NCBI GenBank assembly: GCA_947175555.1
Contig: CAMWNK010000001.1
Location: 28,547 to 92,546, forward strand
Direction of reading: 5' to 3'
DNA from: an uncultured Clostridia bacterium
GTDB lineage: Bacteria > Bacillota > Clostridia > Christensenellales > UBA3700
Length of the DNA stretch: 64,000 nt
Part shown: positions 19,828-29,710 of the stretch, piece after piece
How positions within the stretch are numbered: position 1 is the first letter of the stretch
Layout: every line of letters starts with the position of its first letter
Made by a program: the position numbers and the translations under genes
The notes under the pieces: generated by a model
Told to the model about the DNA's origin: nothing
Seen by the model: only the letters and a program-made list of their open reading frames with translations
The model's database searches: none

Positions 19828-20298
19828 ATGCCCAGAAGAGGTAACGTGCCCAAAAGAGACGTTTTGCCCGATCCCGTGTACGGCAGCAAGGTATTGACTA
19901 AGTTTGTCAATCAGATTATGTACGACGGCAAGAGAGGTACGGCGCAAGAGATCGTCTACGGCGCATTTGATATAATCAGTCAGAAGACTGGCAAGGACGC
20001 GATGGAGGTATTCAATCAGGCTTTGGATAACGTTAAGCCCGTATTGGAAGTCAAAGCGCGCAGGGTCGGAGGCTCCACCTATCAGGTTCCTATGGAGATC
20101 AGACCGGAAAGAAGGCAGACGCTCGCTATCAGATGGCTTGTAATGTTCGCTCGCAAGAGAGGCGAAAAGACCATGATGGAGAGAGTCGCGGCAGAGCTTA
20201 TGGACGCCTTTAACAATACAGGCAATTCCATCAAGCGTAAAGAAGACATGCACAGAATGGCAGAGGCGAACAAGGCGTTCGCGCACTACCGTTGGTAA
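19828..20298 (+). CDS. rpsG: 30S ribosomal protein S7
   Basis: MPRRG...KR...PDP.Y.S..V.KF.N..M.DGK; ends ..AFAHYRW. Confidence 0.97.
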   Translation: MPRRGNVPKRDVLPDPVYGSKVLTKFVNQIMYDGKRGTAQEIVYGAFDIISQKTGKDAMEVFNQALDNVKPVLEVKARRVGGSTYQVPMEIRPERRQTLAIRWLVMFARKRGEKTMMERVAAELMDAFNNTGNSIKRKEDMHRMAEANKAFAHYRW

Positions 20299-20315
20299 TT
20301 GAGAGGTAACCGTAT

Positions 20316-22400
20316 ATGGCAAGAGAATTTGCTTTGGACAAGGTTCGCAATATAGGTATTATGGCGCACATCGACGCGGGTAAGACCACGACGAGCGAAA
20401 GAATACTTTATTACACCGGACTTGTTCATAAGATAGGAGAGGTCCACGAGGGACAAGCTACCATGGACTGGATGGAGCAGGAAGCGGAGAGAGGTATCAC
20501 CATTACTTCCGCTGCTACCACCACTCAGTGGGACGGTCATCGTATCAACCTCATCGATACTCCCGGACACGTTGACTTTACCGTAGAGGTCGAGCGCAGC
20601 TTGCGCATACTCGACGGAGCGGTCGCGCTGTTCTGCGCTAAGGGCGGAGTTCAGCCTCAGTCCGAGAACGTATGGAGACAGGCTACCAAGTACGGCGTGC
20701 CCCGTATAGCATTCGTCAATAAGATGGACAGAGAGGGCGCGGATTTCTTCAACTGCGTGGAGATGATGAAGGAGAGGCTGGGCGCCAACGCCGTGCCTAT
20801 CGTTTTGCCTTTGGGCAACGCTGATACCTTTATGGGTTATGTCGACGTCATCGAGCAGAACGCGGTAGTATACGATCTTGACAAGGACGGAAAGACCTTT
20901 GAAATCAAAGAGATTCCCGCCGACATGGTCGAGGCTACCGAGAAGGCGAGAGAGGCATTGCTCGACGCCGTATCCATGTATGACGACGACCTCATGATGA
21001 AGATGCTTGAGGGCGAGGAAATCCCCGTAGAGGAGATTAAGGCGGCTCTGCGCAAGGGCGTTATCGATATGAAGATTACTCCCGTGCTCTGCGGCAGCGC
21101 GTACAAGAATAAGGGCGTGCAGGCATTGCTCGACGCGGTCGTAGCTTATCTGCCTTCGCCTTTGGATATCCCTCCCGTTAAAGGTACGGACCCCGACGAT
21201 AAGGATAAGGTAATGGAGCGTCTTTCCGACGATTCGGCGCCTTTCTCCGGTCTTGCATTCAAGGTAATGACCGATCCTTTCGTAGGTAAGCTGACGTTCT
21301 TCCGTATCTATTCGGGTACGCTTACGGCAGGCTCTTACGTTCTCAACAGCGGTAAGAACAAGAGGGAGCGCGTAGGACGTCTTGTCAGAATGCACTCCAA
21401 TACCCGTAACGAAATCAGCGAGGCTTATGCCGGCGACATCGTAGCGATAATAGGACTTAAGGACACCACTACAGGCGATACGCTGTGCGCTTCTGACGCG
21501 CCTATCGTACTTGAGAGCATGGAGTTCCCCGAGCCCGTTATATCGGTTGCTATCGAGCCCAAGAGTAAGGCGGATCAGGAAAAGATGTCCATGGGACTTA
21601 TCAAACTTGCCGAAGAAGATCCTACCTTCAAGACCTACACCAATAAAGAGACCGGTCAGACCATCATATCCGGTATGGGCGAGCTTCACCTCGATATCAT
21701 AGTCGACAGACTTAAGAGAGAATTCAGGGTTGAGTGCAACGTAGGCGATCCTCAGGTTGCTTATCGCGAGACCGTCAAGAAGAGCGTTCAGGTCGAAGGT
21801 AAATTTGTCAGACAGAGCGGCGGTAAAGGTCAGTACGGACACTGTATCATATCCCTTGCGCCCAACGAGGCGGGAGCAGGTATCACGGTTACCGATAAGA
21901 CCGTCGGCGGCAGCATTCCCAAGGAATATATCCCCGCAGTCGAGGCAGGTATCAGAGAGGCTGCTCACAGCGGCGTGCTCGCAGGCTATGAGATGGTTGA
22001 CTTCCACGTTGACATACTCGACGGTAGCTACCACGAAGTCGACTCGTCCGAAATGGCGTTTAAGATTGCAGGCTCCATGGCTCTTAAGGAGGGTGCGGCT
22101 AAGGCCAATTCCGTCCTGCTCGAGCCTATAATGACTGTCGGTGTAGAGACTCCCGATATGTATCTCGGCGACGTAATGGGCACCATTACTTCTCGCAGAG
22201 GCGCTATCAAGTCCATGAATATGCACAACGGCGTACAGACTATCGATGCCGAGGTTCCTCTTGCAGAGATGTTCGGATATGCTACCACGCTCCGTTCTTG
22301 CTCGCAAGGACGCGCCAGCTTCACAATGTTCCCCAGCCATTACGCTGAGGTACCCAAGAGCGTTGCCGATGAAATTATCAGCGTCGGCAAAAAGAAATAA
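20316..22400 (+). CDS. fusA: Elongation factor G
   Basis: [39 protein letters not shown]. Confidence 0.97.
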   Translation: MAREFALDKVRNIGIMAHIDAGKTTTSERILYYTGLVHKIGEVHEGQATMDWMEQEAERGITITSAATTTQWDGHRINLIDTPGHVDFTVEVERSLRILDGAVALFCAKGGVQPQSENVWRQATKYGVPRIAFVNKMDREGADFFNCVEMMKERLGANAVPIVLPLGNADTFMGYVDVIEQNAVVYDLDKDGKTFEIKEIPADMVEATEKAREALLDAVSMYDDDLMMKMLEGEEIPVEEIKAALRKGVIDMKITPVLCGSAYKNKGVQALLDAVVAYLPSPLDIPPVKGTDPDDKDKVMERLSDDSAPFSGLAFKVMTDPFVGKLTFFRIYSGTLTAGSYVLNSGKNKRERVGRLVRMHSNTRNEISEAYAGDIVAIIGLKDTTTGDTLCASDAPIVLESMEFPEPVISVAIEPKSKADQEKMSMGLIKLAEEDPTFKTYTNKETGQTIISGMGELHLDIIVDRLKREFRVECNVGDPQVAYRETVKKSVQVEGKFVRQSGGKGQYGHCIISLAPNEAGAGITVTDKTVGGSIPKEYIPAVEAGIREAAHSGVLAGYEMVDFHVDILDGSYHEVDSSEMAFKIAGSMALKEGAAKANSVLLEPIMTVGVETPDMYLGDVMGTITSRRGAIKSMNMHNGVQTIDAEVPLAEMFGYATTLRSCSQGRASFTMFPSHYAEVPKSVADEIISVGKKK

Positions 22401-22448
22401 ATAGACAACAATATACGTTAAAATATCAATTAGGAGGATTTAACGATT

Positions 22449-23651
22449 ATGGCTAAGGCTAAATTTGAAAGAAACAAACCGCACGTCAACATTGGTACCA
22501 TCGGACACGTTGACCACGGTAAGACCACCCTCACCGCAGCTATCACTATGTACAGCGCGGGCAAGGGCTTCGCTCAGAAAATGAGATACGACGAAATCGA
22601 CAAGGCTCCCGAGGAGAAGGCAAGAGGTATTACGATTAATACCGCTCACGTCGAGTACGAGACCGCCAGCAGGCACTATGCTCACGTTGACTGCCCCGGA
22701 CACGCCGACTACGTTAAGAACATGATTACCGGTGCTGCTCAGATGGACGGCGCTGTACTCGTAGTTGCATCCACCGACGGTCCCATGCCTCAGACGAGAG
22801 AGCACATCCTGCTCGCACGTCAGGTTGGCGTTCCTTACATCATCGTATTCATGAACAAGACCGATCAAGTAGACGATCCCGAGTTGCTCGAGCTCGTTGA
22901 GATGGAAGTAAGAGAGTTGCTTTCCGAGTACGGATTCCCCGGCGACGATACCCCTATCGTTAAGGGTAGCGCGCTCAAGGCTCTCGAGGCTGCTTCCAAC
23001 GGTAAGTTCGACGATCCTGCATGCGCTTGCATTCAGGAGTTGCTCGATGCTATCGACGCTTATATCCCCGCTCCCGAGCGCGACACCGACAAGCCTTTCC
23101 TTATGCCTGTCGAGGACGTGTTCACGATTACCGGCCGCGGCACCGTTGCTACCGGCAGAATCGAGAGAGGCGCTGTAAAGGTTGGCGACAAGGTTCAGAT
23201 AGTCGGTATCAAGCCCACTGCAGAGACCACCGTTACCGGCGTAGAGATGTTCCGCAAGTTGCTTGACGAGGCTTTCGCAGGCGACAACGTCGGTACGCTT
23301 TTGCGCGGTATCGACCGTAAGGGTATCGAGAGAGGACAGGTTCTTGCCAAGCCCGGCAGCATCAACCCTCACACCGATTTCCACTCGCAGGTATACGTTT
23401 TGACCAAGGAAGAAGGCGGACGTCATACTCCTTTCTTCAACGGCTATCGTCCTCAGTTCTATTTTAGAACTACAGACGTTACCGGTTCTATCGCTCTTCC
23501 CGAGGGCGTTGAGATGGTTATGCCCGGCGACAACATCGAGATGAACATCTCCCTTATCACTCCTATCGCTATCGAAGAAGGTCTTCGTTTCGCTATCCGC
23601 GAGGGCGGCAGGACGGTAGGTTCCGGCGTTGTTTCCAAGATATTGAAGTAA
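22449..23651 (+). CDS. tuf: Elongation factor Tu
   Basis: [36 protein letters not shown]. Confidence 0.98.
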   Translation: MAKAKFERNKPHVNIGTIGHVDHGKTTLTAAITMYSAGKGFAQKMRYDEIDKAPEEKARGITINTAHVEYETASRHYAHVDCPGHADYVKNMITGAAQMDGAVLVVASTDGPMPQTREHILLARQVGVPYIIVFMNKTDQVDDPELLELVEMEVRELLSEYGFPGDDTPIVKGSALKALEAASNGKFDDPACACIQELLDAIDAYIPAPERDTDKPFLMPVEDVFTITGRGTVATGRIERGAVKVGDKVQIVGIKPTAETTVTGVEMFRKLLDEAFAGDNVGTLLRGIDRKGIERGQVLAKPGSINPHTDFHSQVYVLTKEEGGRHTPFFNGYRPQFYFRTTDVTGSIALPEGVEMVMPGDNIEMNISLITPIAIEEGLRFAIREGGRTVGSGVVSKILK

Positions 23652-23685
23652 TGCCGAATAACTAATCGCGAATAATTCACGGTTG

Positions 23686-23710
23686 GGCTCCGGAGCAATC
23701 CGGAGCCTTT
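23686..23710 (+). terminator. Terminator after tuf
   Basis: GGCTCCGGA-gcaa-TCCGGAGCC, then TTTG. Confidence 0.6.
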
Positions 23711-23746
23711 GTCATTAATTATAATATTTTTATTGTCTTAATTCGT

Positions 23747-23775
23747 TTGACATAGCAAGATGTCGGTGATATAAT
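23747..23775 (+). promoter_or_regulatory. Consensus promoter of the rpmG-secE-nusG cluster
   Basis: TTGACA (23747-23752), 17-nt spacer ending in TGa (extended -10), TATAAT (23770-23775). Confidence 0.65.
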
Positions 23776-23824
23776 AATTGAGCACTCAATACAGGGGTGT
23801 AATTTTTTTGGAGGGCTTTATACT

Positions 23825-23974
23825 GTGAGAACAAGGATTACTATGGCTTGTACAGAGTGTAAGCAACGCAACTACGATAGTTATAAAAATAAAAAGAATA
23901 CGCCCGACCGTGTCGAGATGAAGAAATATTGCAAGTTCTGCAAAAAGCACACGATGCATAAAGAGACCAAATAA
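23825..23974 (+). CDS. rpmG: 50S ribosomal protein L33 (not in the ORF track; under 60 aa)
   Basis: GTG start 9 nt after GGAGGG. Translation [49 protein letters not shown] matches the L33 pattern (..ITL.CTECK.RNY.T.KNKKN.PDR.E.KKYC..C.KHT.HKETK). Confidence 0.85.
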   Translation: MRTRITMACTECKQRNYDSYKNKKNTPDRVEMKKYCKFCKKHTMHKETK

Positions 23975-23991
23975 TTCGCGTAGGGGGCTTT

Positions 23992-24330
23992 ATGGGCAAA
24001 AAGAATAACAGGTTAACTAACGGCGAGCAGTTGATGTCCAACTCTCCCTTGCGTGATGCCGAACTTTCCTCTACCGAGAAGGGCGGCGGCAAGCCTGTCG
24101 ACACCAAGAAGAAGAAAAAGAAGAGCGATAAGCCCGGCATATTCAAGCGGATAGGCAAGTTTTTTGCGGATATGTTCAGAGAGCTTAAGGCCGTCGATTG
24201 GCCCAAAGCTAAGCGCGTGTTCACCGAGCTTGGCGTAGTGCTACTCGTGGTAGTTATTTTCTTGGTTATAATCACAGCATTCGATGCCGCGTTTGCGCAG
24301 CTGCTTAGGTTGCTCATCGGCGCGAATTAA
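23992..24330 (+). CDS. secE: Preprotein translocase subunit SecE (with Lys-rich N-terminal extension)
   Basis: C-terminal FFADMFRELKAVDWPKAKRVFTELGVVLLVVVIFLVIITAFDAAF is the SecE TM signature. Position between rpmG and nusG. Confidence 0.85.
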   Translation: MGKKNNRLTNGEQLMSNSPLRDAELSSTEKGGGKPVDTKKKKKKSDKPGIFKRIGKFFADMFRELKAVDWPKAKRVFTELGVVLLVVVIFLVIITAFDAAFAQLLRLLIGAN

Positions 24331-24341
24331 GGAGGTAAGTT

Positions 24342-24875
24342 ATGGAAGAGAAGAACGAGCCTCAGTGGTATGTAATATACGCGCTGTTCGGATACGATAA
24401 TATAGTTAAAGACAATATATTGCAGATGGTGGAGACCAACGGCTTGCAGAATTATATATTCGACGTCGTAGTCCCCGAGGAAGAAGAGGTAGTGGAGCGC
24501 AACGGCAAGAAGAAGTTCGTTATGCGCAAGAAGTATCCCAACTACGTCTTTATCAAGATGATCTACACCAAGCAGATATGGTATATGGTCAAGCAGACTC
24601 GCGGCGTTAAGGATTTCTGTAGCGGCTTCGACGGCAGACCTTTGCCCATGACGGCAGAAGAGGTCAAGAGAGCGCAGCTTGAGCAGGTCAAGATAGAGGA
24701 CCTCTCTATCGCTATAGGCGACAACGTTACTATCATTAGCGGACCGCTCAAAGACTTTATCGGCGAGATCAAGGAGATCAAGGAAGAGCTTCGCAAGGTC
24801 AAAGTATGCGTATCCATGTTCGGACGCGAGACCAGCGTAGACCTCGACTACAATCAGGTCGAGAAGATTAATTAA
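24342..24875 (+). CDS. nusG: Transcription termination/antitermination factor NusG
   Basis: QWYVIYALFGYDN NGN start and KOW motif IGDNVTIISGPLKDFIGEIKEI. Confidence 0.93.
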   Translation: MEEKNEPQWYVIYALFGYDNIVKDNILQMVETNGLQNYIFDVVVPEEEEVVERNGKKKFVMRKKYPNYVFIKMIYTKQIWYMVKQTRGVKDFCSGFDGRPLPMTAEEVKRAQLEQVKIEDLSIAIGDNVTIISGPLKDFIGEIKEIKEELRKVKVCVSMFGRETSVDLDYNQVEKIN

Positions 24876-24949
24876 GTTACACACATTTGGGAGGGGCGTA
24901 AATACAGCGGATACGTCCCGTTATTACCACGATTGCCAAGGAGGTATAT

Positions 24950-25375
24950 ATGGCAAAGAAGATTAATGCAATAGTTAAGTTGCAGCTGCCCGCAGGCAAG
25001 GCGACTCCCGGACCCCCTGTCGGTTCTACACTCGGACCGCACGGTATCAACATCCCCGGATTCACCAAGGAATTCAACGAGAAGACGAGAGGACAAGAAG
25101 GACTTATCATCCCTGTTGTCATGACCATCTTCGCAGACAGGTCGTTTGAGTTTAAGCTCAAGACGCCTCCCGTCCCCGTACTCATCAAGAAGGCTTTGGG
25201 ACTTGAGAGCGCGTCCGCAGTTCCTAACAAGACCAAGGTCGGCACGCTGACCAAGGCTCAGGTTAAGGAAATCGCTCAGACCAAGCTGCCCGACCTCAAT
25301 GCTACTTCGCTCGAGAGCGCAGAGAGCATGGTCAGAGGCACCGCCCGCAGCATGGGCATCCTCGTTGAGGAATAA
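24950..25375 (+). CDS. rplK: 50S ribosomal protein L11
   Basis: [26 protein letters not shown]. Confidence 0.97.
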   Translation: MAKKINAIVKLQLPAGKATPGPPVGSTLGPHGINIPGFTKEFNEKTRGQEGLIIPVVMTIFADRSFEFKLKTPPVPVLIKKALGLESASAVPNKTKVGTLTKAQVKEIAQTKLPDLNATSLESAESMVRGTARSMGILVEE

Positions 25376-25389
25376 TAGGAGGCAGCGAT

Positions 25390-26076
25390 ATGAAGAGAGG
25401 TAAGAGATATATTCAGGCGGCGGCTCAGGTCGAGACCGGTAAGGTATACGATGCGAGCGAGGCTATGGCTAAAGTAGTCGAGACCGCTACGGCTAAGTTT
25501 GACGAGTCCGTAGAGTTGCACATCAAGCTGGGCGTTGACAGCCGTCATGCCGACCAGCAGGTCAGAGGCGTAGTTGTGCTTCCCCACGGTACCGGTAAGA
25601 GCGTCAAGGTGCTCGTTATCGCAAAGGGAGCTAAGGCAGACGAGGCAGAGGCTGCAGGCGCAGACTTTGTCGGCGGCGAGGAAATCGTCAATAAGATTAA
25701 GAACGAGAATTGGTTCGACTTCGACGTATGCGTTACCACTCCCGATATGATGGGACTTGTCGGTAGAATAGGTAAGGTACTCGGTCCTAAGGGACTTATG
25801 CCTAACCCTAAGTCAGGCACGGTTACTATGGACGTTACCAAGGCTGTCAAGGAGATTAAGGCAGGTAAGGTCGAGTACAGACTTGACAAGACCAACATCA
25901 TCCACGTGGCTATAGGCAAGAAGTCTTTCGGCACGGATAAGCTCATCGACAACTTCAACGTAGTATACGACGCTGTACTTAAGGCTAAGCCCGCGGCTGC
26001 CAAGGGACAGTACGTCAAGAGCGTTACGCTTACGTCCACAATGGGCCCCGGCGTAAAGGTTGCTGTCAAGGCGTAA
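25390..26076 (+). CDS. rplA: 50S ribosomal protein L1
   Basis: KRGKRY......Y....A...V......KFDESVE; [11 protein letters not shown]. Confidence 0.97.
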   Translation: MKRGKRYIQAAAQVETGKVYDASEAMAKVVETATAKFDESVELHIKLGVDSRHADQQVRGVVVLPHGTGKSVKVLVIAKGAKADEAEAAGADFVGGEEIVNKIKNENWFDFDVCVTTPDMMGLVGRIGKVLGPKGLMPNPKSGTVTMDVTKAVKEIKAGKVEYRLDKTNIIHVAIGKKSFGTDKLIDNFNVVYDAVLKAKPAAAKGQYVKSVTLTSTMGPGVKVAVKA

Positions 26077-26096
26077 CCTTTTTGCGACGTAAACGC

Positions 26097-26126
26097 TTGA
26101 CAGATAATATATAAAAATTATATATT
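26097..26126 (+). promoter_or_regulatory. Promoter of rplJ-rplL
   Basis: TTGACA (26097-26102), 18-nt spacer, TATATT (26121-26126). Confidence 0.5.
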
Positions 26127-26267
26127 ATATTCACAACTCAATAATTTCGCCTAAGACAGCAAGTGCTTATAGCTTAATATCTTGCCGAGGAAAATGAGGT
26201 AACATGTTTACTATTCCCTTGCGCGTCTTAGCGCGAGGGATATTTTTTATCAATACAGGAGGTAACA
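26127..26267 (+). promoter_or_regulatory. rplJ 5' leader (L10-leader-type autoregulatory element) ending in an attenuator hairpin
   Basis: About 140-nt untranslated leader. Intrinsic terminator-like hairpin TCCCTTGCGC-gtctta-GCGCGAGGGA at 26215-26240 followed by T6 (26243-26248), immediately before the rplJ RBS. This is as expected for the attenuation-type L10 leader of Firmicutes. Assignment is by position and structure only. Confidence 0.5.
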
Positions 26268-26756
26268 ATGTCTTTAACCAGAGAACAGAAAGCGGTTCAG
26301 ATAGACGAGATAGTTTCGCTGACTAAGGAGTGCAAGAGCTTTGTTATCGTTAGCTACAAGGGTATTAACGTGGCGGACGATACGGTTATGCGCGCTAAGT
26401 TTAGAGAAAGCGGCGTAACGTATAAAGTCCTCAAGAACCGTCTTATCAAGAAGGCTTTAGACCAGCTCGGAATTACAGGATACGATGCCGCGCTTACGGA
26501 TTCTACCGCAGTGGCGTTTTCCATGACGGACGCTTTGGCAGGTCCCAAGGTAATTGCGGAAATGTCCAAGACGGTCAAAGTGCTTGAAGTTAAATGTGGC
26601 AGAATGGACGGCGACTATCTTGACGCCGCTCAGGTACAGGCTCTCGCGCAGATTCCTTCCAAGGAAGTGCTCGTTGCCAAATTGCTCGGTTTGTTGCTCA
26701 GCCCTCTTACGGGATTGGCTGTTGCGCTTAACGAGGTCGCTAAAAAGAACGCGTAA
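26268..26756 (+). CDS. rplJ: 50S ribosomal protein L10
   Basis: Position before rplL; ..VIVSYKGINVADDTVMRAKFRESGVTYKVLKNRL. Confidence 0.95.
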   Translation: MSLTREQKAVQIDEIVSLTKECKSFVIVSYKGINVADDTVMRAKFRESGVTYKVLKNRLIKKALDQLGITGYDAALTDSTAVAFSMTDALAGPKVIAEMSKTVKVLEVKCGRMDGDYLDAAQVQALAQIPSKEVLVAKLLGLLLSPLTGLAVALNEVAKKNA

Positions 26757-26794
26757 AAACTATAAATCAATAATATTATTCGGAGGAATTAAAA

Positions 26795-27166
26795 ATGGCA
26801 GATATAGCAAAATTGTTAGAGGAAATCAAGGGTATGACCGTGCTCGAGCTTAACGATCTCGTTAAGGCTATCGAGACTGAGTTCGGCGTAAGCGCTGCGG
26901 CTATGGCAGTTGCTGCTCCTGCTGCTGGCGGAGCTGCTGCGGCTGAGGAAGAGAAGACTGAGTTCGACGTTATCCTCAAGGCGTTCGGCGCTAACAAGCT
27001 CGCGGTTATCAAGACCGTTAGAGAGATCACAGGTCTCGGACTTGCCGACGCTAAGGCGTTGGTTGAGAGCGCTCCTAAGGCTATCAAGGAAGGCATCGCT
27101 AAAGATGCTGCCGACGAAATCGCTAAGAAGCTCACCGAGGCAGGCGCAGAAGTCGAAGTTAAGTAA
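26795..27166 (+). CDS. rplL: 50S ribosomal protein L7/L12
   Basis: Ala-rich hinge [26 protein letters not shown], then [24 protein letters not shown]. Confidence 0.97.
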   Translation: MADIAKLLEEIKGMTVLELNDLVKAIETEFGVSAAAMAVAAPAAGGAAAAEEEKTEFDVILKAFGANKLAVIKTVREITGLGLADAKALVESAPKAIKEGIAKDAADEIAKKLTEAGAEVEVK

Positions 27167-27248
27167 TTGCAGGATTACTGATCGCGTATTAATGCGCGGC
27201 TTAGCGGCGCGGGATTTCCCGCGCCGTTATTGCATATTTAAGATAAAC

Positions 27249-27287
27249 GACAGCGGCATTTGTGTTATGCCGCTGTCGTTTCGCTTT
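27249..27287. terminator. Bidirectional terminator between rplL and the convergent DUF378 gene
   Basis: 11-bp stem GACAGCGGCAT-ttgtgtt-ATGCCGCTGTC with T-rich tails on both strands. A second GC hairpin lies at 27206-27225. Confidence 0.6.
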
Positions 27288-27321
27288 ATGCGTATACAAA
27301 AGTAAGAAGTTATAACCGTTA

Positions 27322-27576
27322 TTAGTTGCTTTCCTTCTTATGCTTACGCATCATAGCCGTCTCGGGCGCATTAATACGTGCTGCGCTGAACTTGTTGAAT
27401 ATGAGATAGAACAAAGCCCACAGTCCCGCAACGCCTACTATGGCATATATTATTCTCGCGCCTATATACGAAGAGGTGGAGAATATCCAGTTAACTATAT
27501 TGAAGTCGAATATACCGACGGACAACCAGTTAATTGCGCCCACGATTATCAATATCAGAGATATTACGGTAATCAT
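27322..27576 (-). CDS. DUF378-family small membrane protein
   Basis: 84 aa; LILIIVGAINWLSVGIFDFNIVNWIF matches the DUF378 G.NWG.VG.F.F..V pattern as I recall it. Confidence 0.7.
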   Translation of the reverse strand: MITVISLILIIVGAINWLSVGIFDFNIVNWIFSTSSYIGARIIYAIVGVAGLWALFYLIFNKFSAARINAPETAMMRKHKKESN

Positions 27577-27663
27577 ATATTCCTCCTTATAAGGTTTCTT
27601 GAATTATTGTAAGCAAACTGCGCGTTATTATTCTGCGCGCTTTGCTGCTCGAGCGGCAATCGC

Positions 27664-27692
27664 TTGATATATTCTTGCCGATTTTATATAAT
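27664..27692 (+). promoter_or_regulatory. Promoter placed for a leaderless transcript of the 27699 gene
   Basis: TTGATA (27664-27669), 17-nt spacer, TATAAT (27687-27692). ATG 27699 lies 6 nt after the -10, with no Shine-Dalgarno. Confidence 0.45.
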
Positions 27693-27698
27693 AAGCGT

Positions 27699-28499
27699 AT
27701 GGCAAGCAGAGCTAAACGCAAGGGCAAGGATCCCGTCGCTAACAAGAATTATAAAGAGCAGGCAGTCGCTATCGAGAGGGAGCGCGCTATTAAGCGCAAT
27801 CGCAAGCTATACGCAATAGTGTGCGGATTGTTGCTTTTAGCGGTCATCATAGTAATGATGCCGTTCAATACGGCAGGTATTGTCAATATCAGCGTGAGCG
27901 GCAAAATGACGTTTGGCATCAGTGATAGCGTCAATGATTACGATGTGGACGTCAATGTTCCGCTCAATGCCGTAGAGATAATATTCGGTCCTGTTAGGAC
28001 AACTAAGCCGATGCCTTATATAGCGATGAAGATACTCGACTCTATCAACTCCGATTATGATAGAGACGAGGTCAATAACGATCCTACGCTGACGCTTTCA
28101 TCATTGGGCATGGCGCCGACTTATGACGAGATGCTTAACAATGCCGTCGCGCCTATATATGCGCTTAGCTGTATTATTGTACTATCGTTGATTGCCCTTA
28201 TCGTTTTGATTGCCGTCAGTATGAGCGGCAAGTGCGGAATGTTGCCGCCGTTGATTTGCGCGGCGATATACGTCGTGCTTGCAATCGTGCAGCTGGGCGT
28301 GGGCATATATGCCTCTAATATTGCTTTCCCCGCGTCAGACGACTTTACAATCAAGCTCGTAACAGGCGCGCAGACATACGTCAATTTCTTCTTCGGCGGG
28401 GCTATATGCGTCGCTACTACTGTGTTTGGATTAAAGCGCAGATCAATCAACCGCGAGTATGGTATAACTTTGCGCGGAGGTAAGAGCGGTGAAGTGTAA
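27699..28499 (+). CDS. Hypothetical multi-pass membrane protein
   Basis: Basic N-terminus MASRAKRKGK, then at least 4 hydrophobic helices. The track start at 27642 precedes the promoter-like element. No recognisable family. Confidence 0.45.
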   Translation: MASRAKRKGKDPVANKNYKEQAVAIERERAIKRNRKLYAIVCGLLLLAVIIVMMPFNTAGIVNISVSGKMTFGISDSVNDYDVDVNVPLNAVEIIFGPVRTTKPMPYIAMKILDSINSDYDRDEVNNDPTLTLSSLGMAPTYDEMLNNAVAPIYALSCIIVLSLIALIVLIAVSMSGKCGMLPPLICAAIYVVLAIVQLGVGIYASNIAFPASDDFTIKLVTGAQTYVNFFFGGAICVATTVFGLKRRSINREYGITLRGGKSGEV

Positions 28500-29208
28500 G
28501 AATTGCGGAGCCGAGATTGACAAGAAGGCTAAGGTGTGCCCCTCATGCAACGCTAAGGTAGAGAAGGTAGGCTACTTTAACTTTATCAAAAGGCGGGAGC
28601 AGCGTTACGAGGAGACTCAGCAACTGCTTGCAAAGTCTTACGTCAGCGACGAGCAGCTGTCCTCGGCAGAAGTCAAGAGCCACGGCGGGATTAAAGCCGT
28701 ATATGTAGGCGAATGCAAGAAACTTATGCGTATAGCCGCGCTTAAGATAGCATTGTTTGCGTTTATTATGGCAGGCAGTATCGCAGTAATTATAATTAGG
28801 CAGTACACTTCGCTTATGTCGTCCGTATCGGATACGTGGACTACGGTGATTTTATTGATAGCGTTTATAGCTATATTTGGGATGCTCGCTCTTTTATACG
28901 ATACAGCTTATTATCTTGTGCGTTGTATACGTCTCAATAAGCAGGGCGAGGGCGTAGCCAAGATTAACTTCGGCAAGCCTCCCGTTGCTATCAGCGCAGG
29001 CAAGCTGTATAATATCGCATTGGATTTTAATTGTCCTAAGTGCGCTAATCCTACGTCTATGCATATTGAGCAGGTTGACGATATGTTTGTCGCAGTATGC
29101 GACTACGACCGTACCCATATGCTTAAGATAGAGGTGGAGGAAATACTCGAAAATATCCGCCCTACGCAATACTCGTCGGACGAAAATATTGACGGCTCAG
29201 CCGAATAA
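28489..29208 (+). CDS. Zinc-ribbon membrane protein (hypothetical)
   Basis: GTG start 8 nt after GGAGG. N-terminal CxxC-x13-CxxC (KCKNCGAE..CPSCNA), two TM helices, and a second Cys pair (CPKC...C). No recognisable family. Confidence 0.5.
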   Translation: MKCKNCGAEIDKKAKVCPSCNAKVEKVGYFNFIKRREQRYEETQQLLAKSYVSDEQLSSAEVKSHGGIKAVYVGECKKLMRIAALKIALFAFIMAGSIAVIIIRQYTSLMSSVSDTWTTVILLIAFIAIFGMLALLYDTAYYLVRCIRLNKQGEGVAKINFGKPPVAISAGKLYNIALDFNCPKCANPTSMHIEQVDDMFVAVCDYDRTHMLKIEVEEILENIRPTQYSSDENIDGSAE

Positions 29209-29321
29209 AGCTGCAGCTAATCAGCAGATACTTGTAAATAAACCGCACTTCGTAACGGTGTATTTCATAGGGAATTTGGGAAACACTAAATTTAAATATG
29301 AATACACCTTAAAGGCATGTC

Positions 29322-29360
29322 AAAAAGAATGGAGATTGATTATCAGTCTCCATTCTTTTT
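29322..29360. terminator. Bidirectional rho-independent terminator
   Basis: A5-GAATGGAGA-ttgattatcag-TCTCCATTC-T5. Confidence 0.6.
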
Positions 29361-29391
29361 ATTGTTATACTAATTGTGCTAATCGACTGTA

Positions 29392-29589
29392 TTACACACA
29401 AGATTGATAAGCATTAAAATAGCGATAAAATGAGGATGTTTTCATTTTGGATAACGATAATGCTTCAGCTAATCCTATTTTGTGTTGCAAGTATTGTTCC
29501 GCGATCTCGGGGAAATTATCCGGACAAGGTAAACATCCTTGGGGATTAAATAAATCGAAAAATTGAATAAAACAGTAATTTCGTAACAA
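29392..29589 (-). pseudogene. Possible remnant of the C-terminal HTH of a small serine recombinase (resolvase/invertase)
   Basis: ..PDNFPEIAEQYLQHKIGLAEALSLSKMKTSSFYRYFNAY resembles resolvase/Hin C-termini (..LP.NF.E....W..G.I....A...L......STFYR; Hin ends ..GVSTLYRYFPA) recalled from memory. I could not find a catalytic N-terminal domain upstream on that strand. Confidence 0.3.
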
Positions 29590-29681
29590 AGGGTAGCGAA
29601 AGACCTCGTTGTCCTTTGATTTTTTACGAACAGTACGCTAATAATAGAATATAGAAAACAGGAAAAGAGAAGTCAGAACTC

Positions 29682-29710
29682 TTGCAATCAAAAAGCTTTT
29701 GTGCTATAAT
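29682..29710 (+). promoter_or_regulatory. Near-consensus promoter heading the island cargo operon
   Basis: TTGCAA (29682-29687), exactly 17-nt spacer, TATAAT (29705-29710); about 250 nt upstream of the 29964 ATG. Confidence 0.6.

Noticed and set aside
20286-22340. 684-aa ORF on the minus strand
   Set aside because: It is entirely antisense to fusA, whose product has unmistakable EF-G motifs. The antisense translation is low-complexity (rich in R/L/A/G) with no recognisable motif. This is a typical shadow ORF in GC-moderate coding DNA.
22440-23426. 328-aa ORF on the minus strand
   Set aside because: Antisense shadow of tuf.
29189-29407. 72-aa plus-strand ORF overlapping the end of the zinc-ribbon gene
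   Set aside because: It runs straight through a strong bidirectional terminator hairpin (29322-29360). It has no RBS and no recognisable motif.
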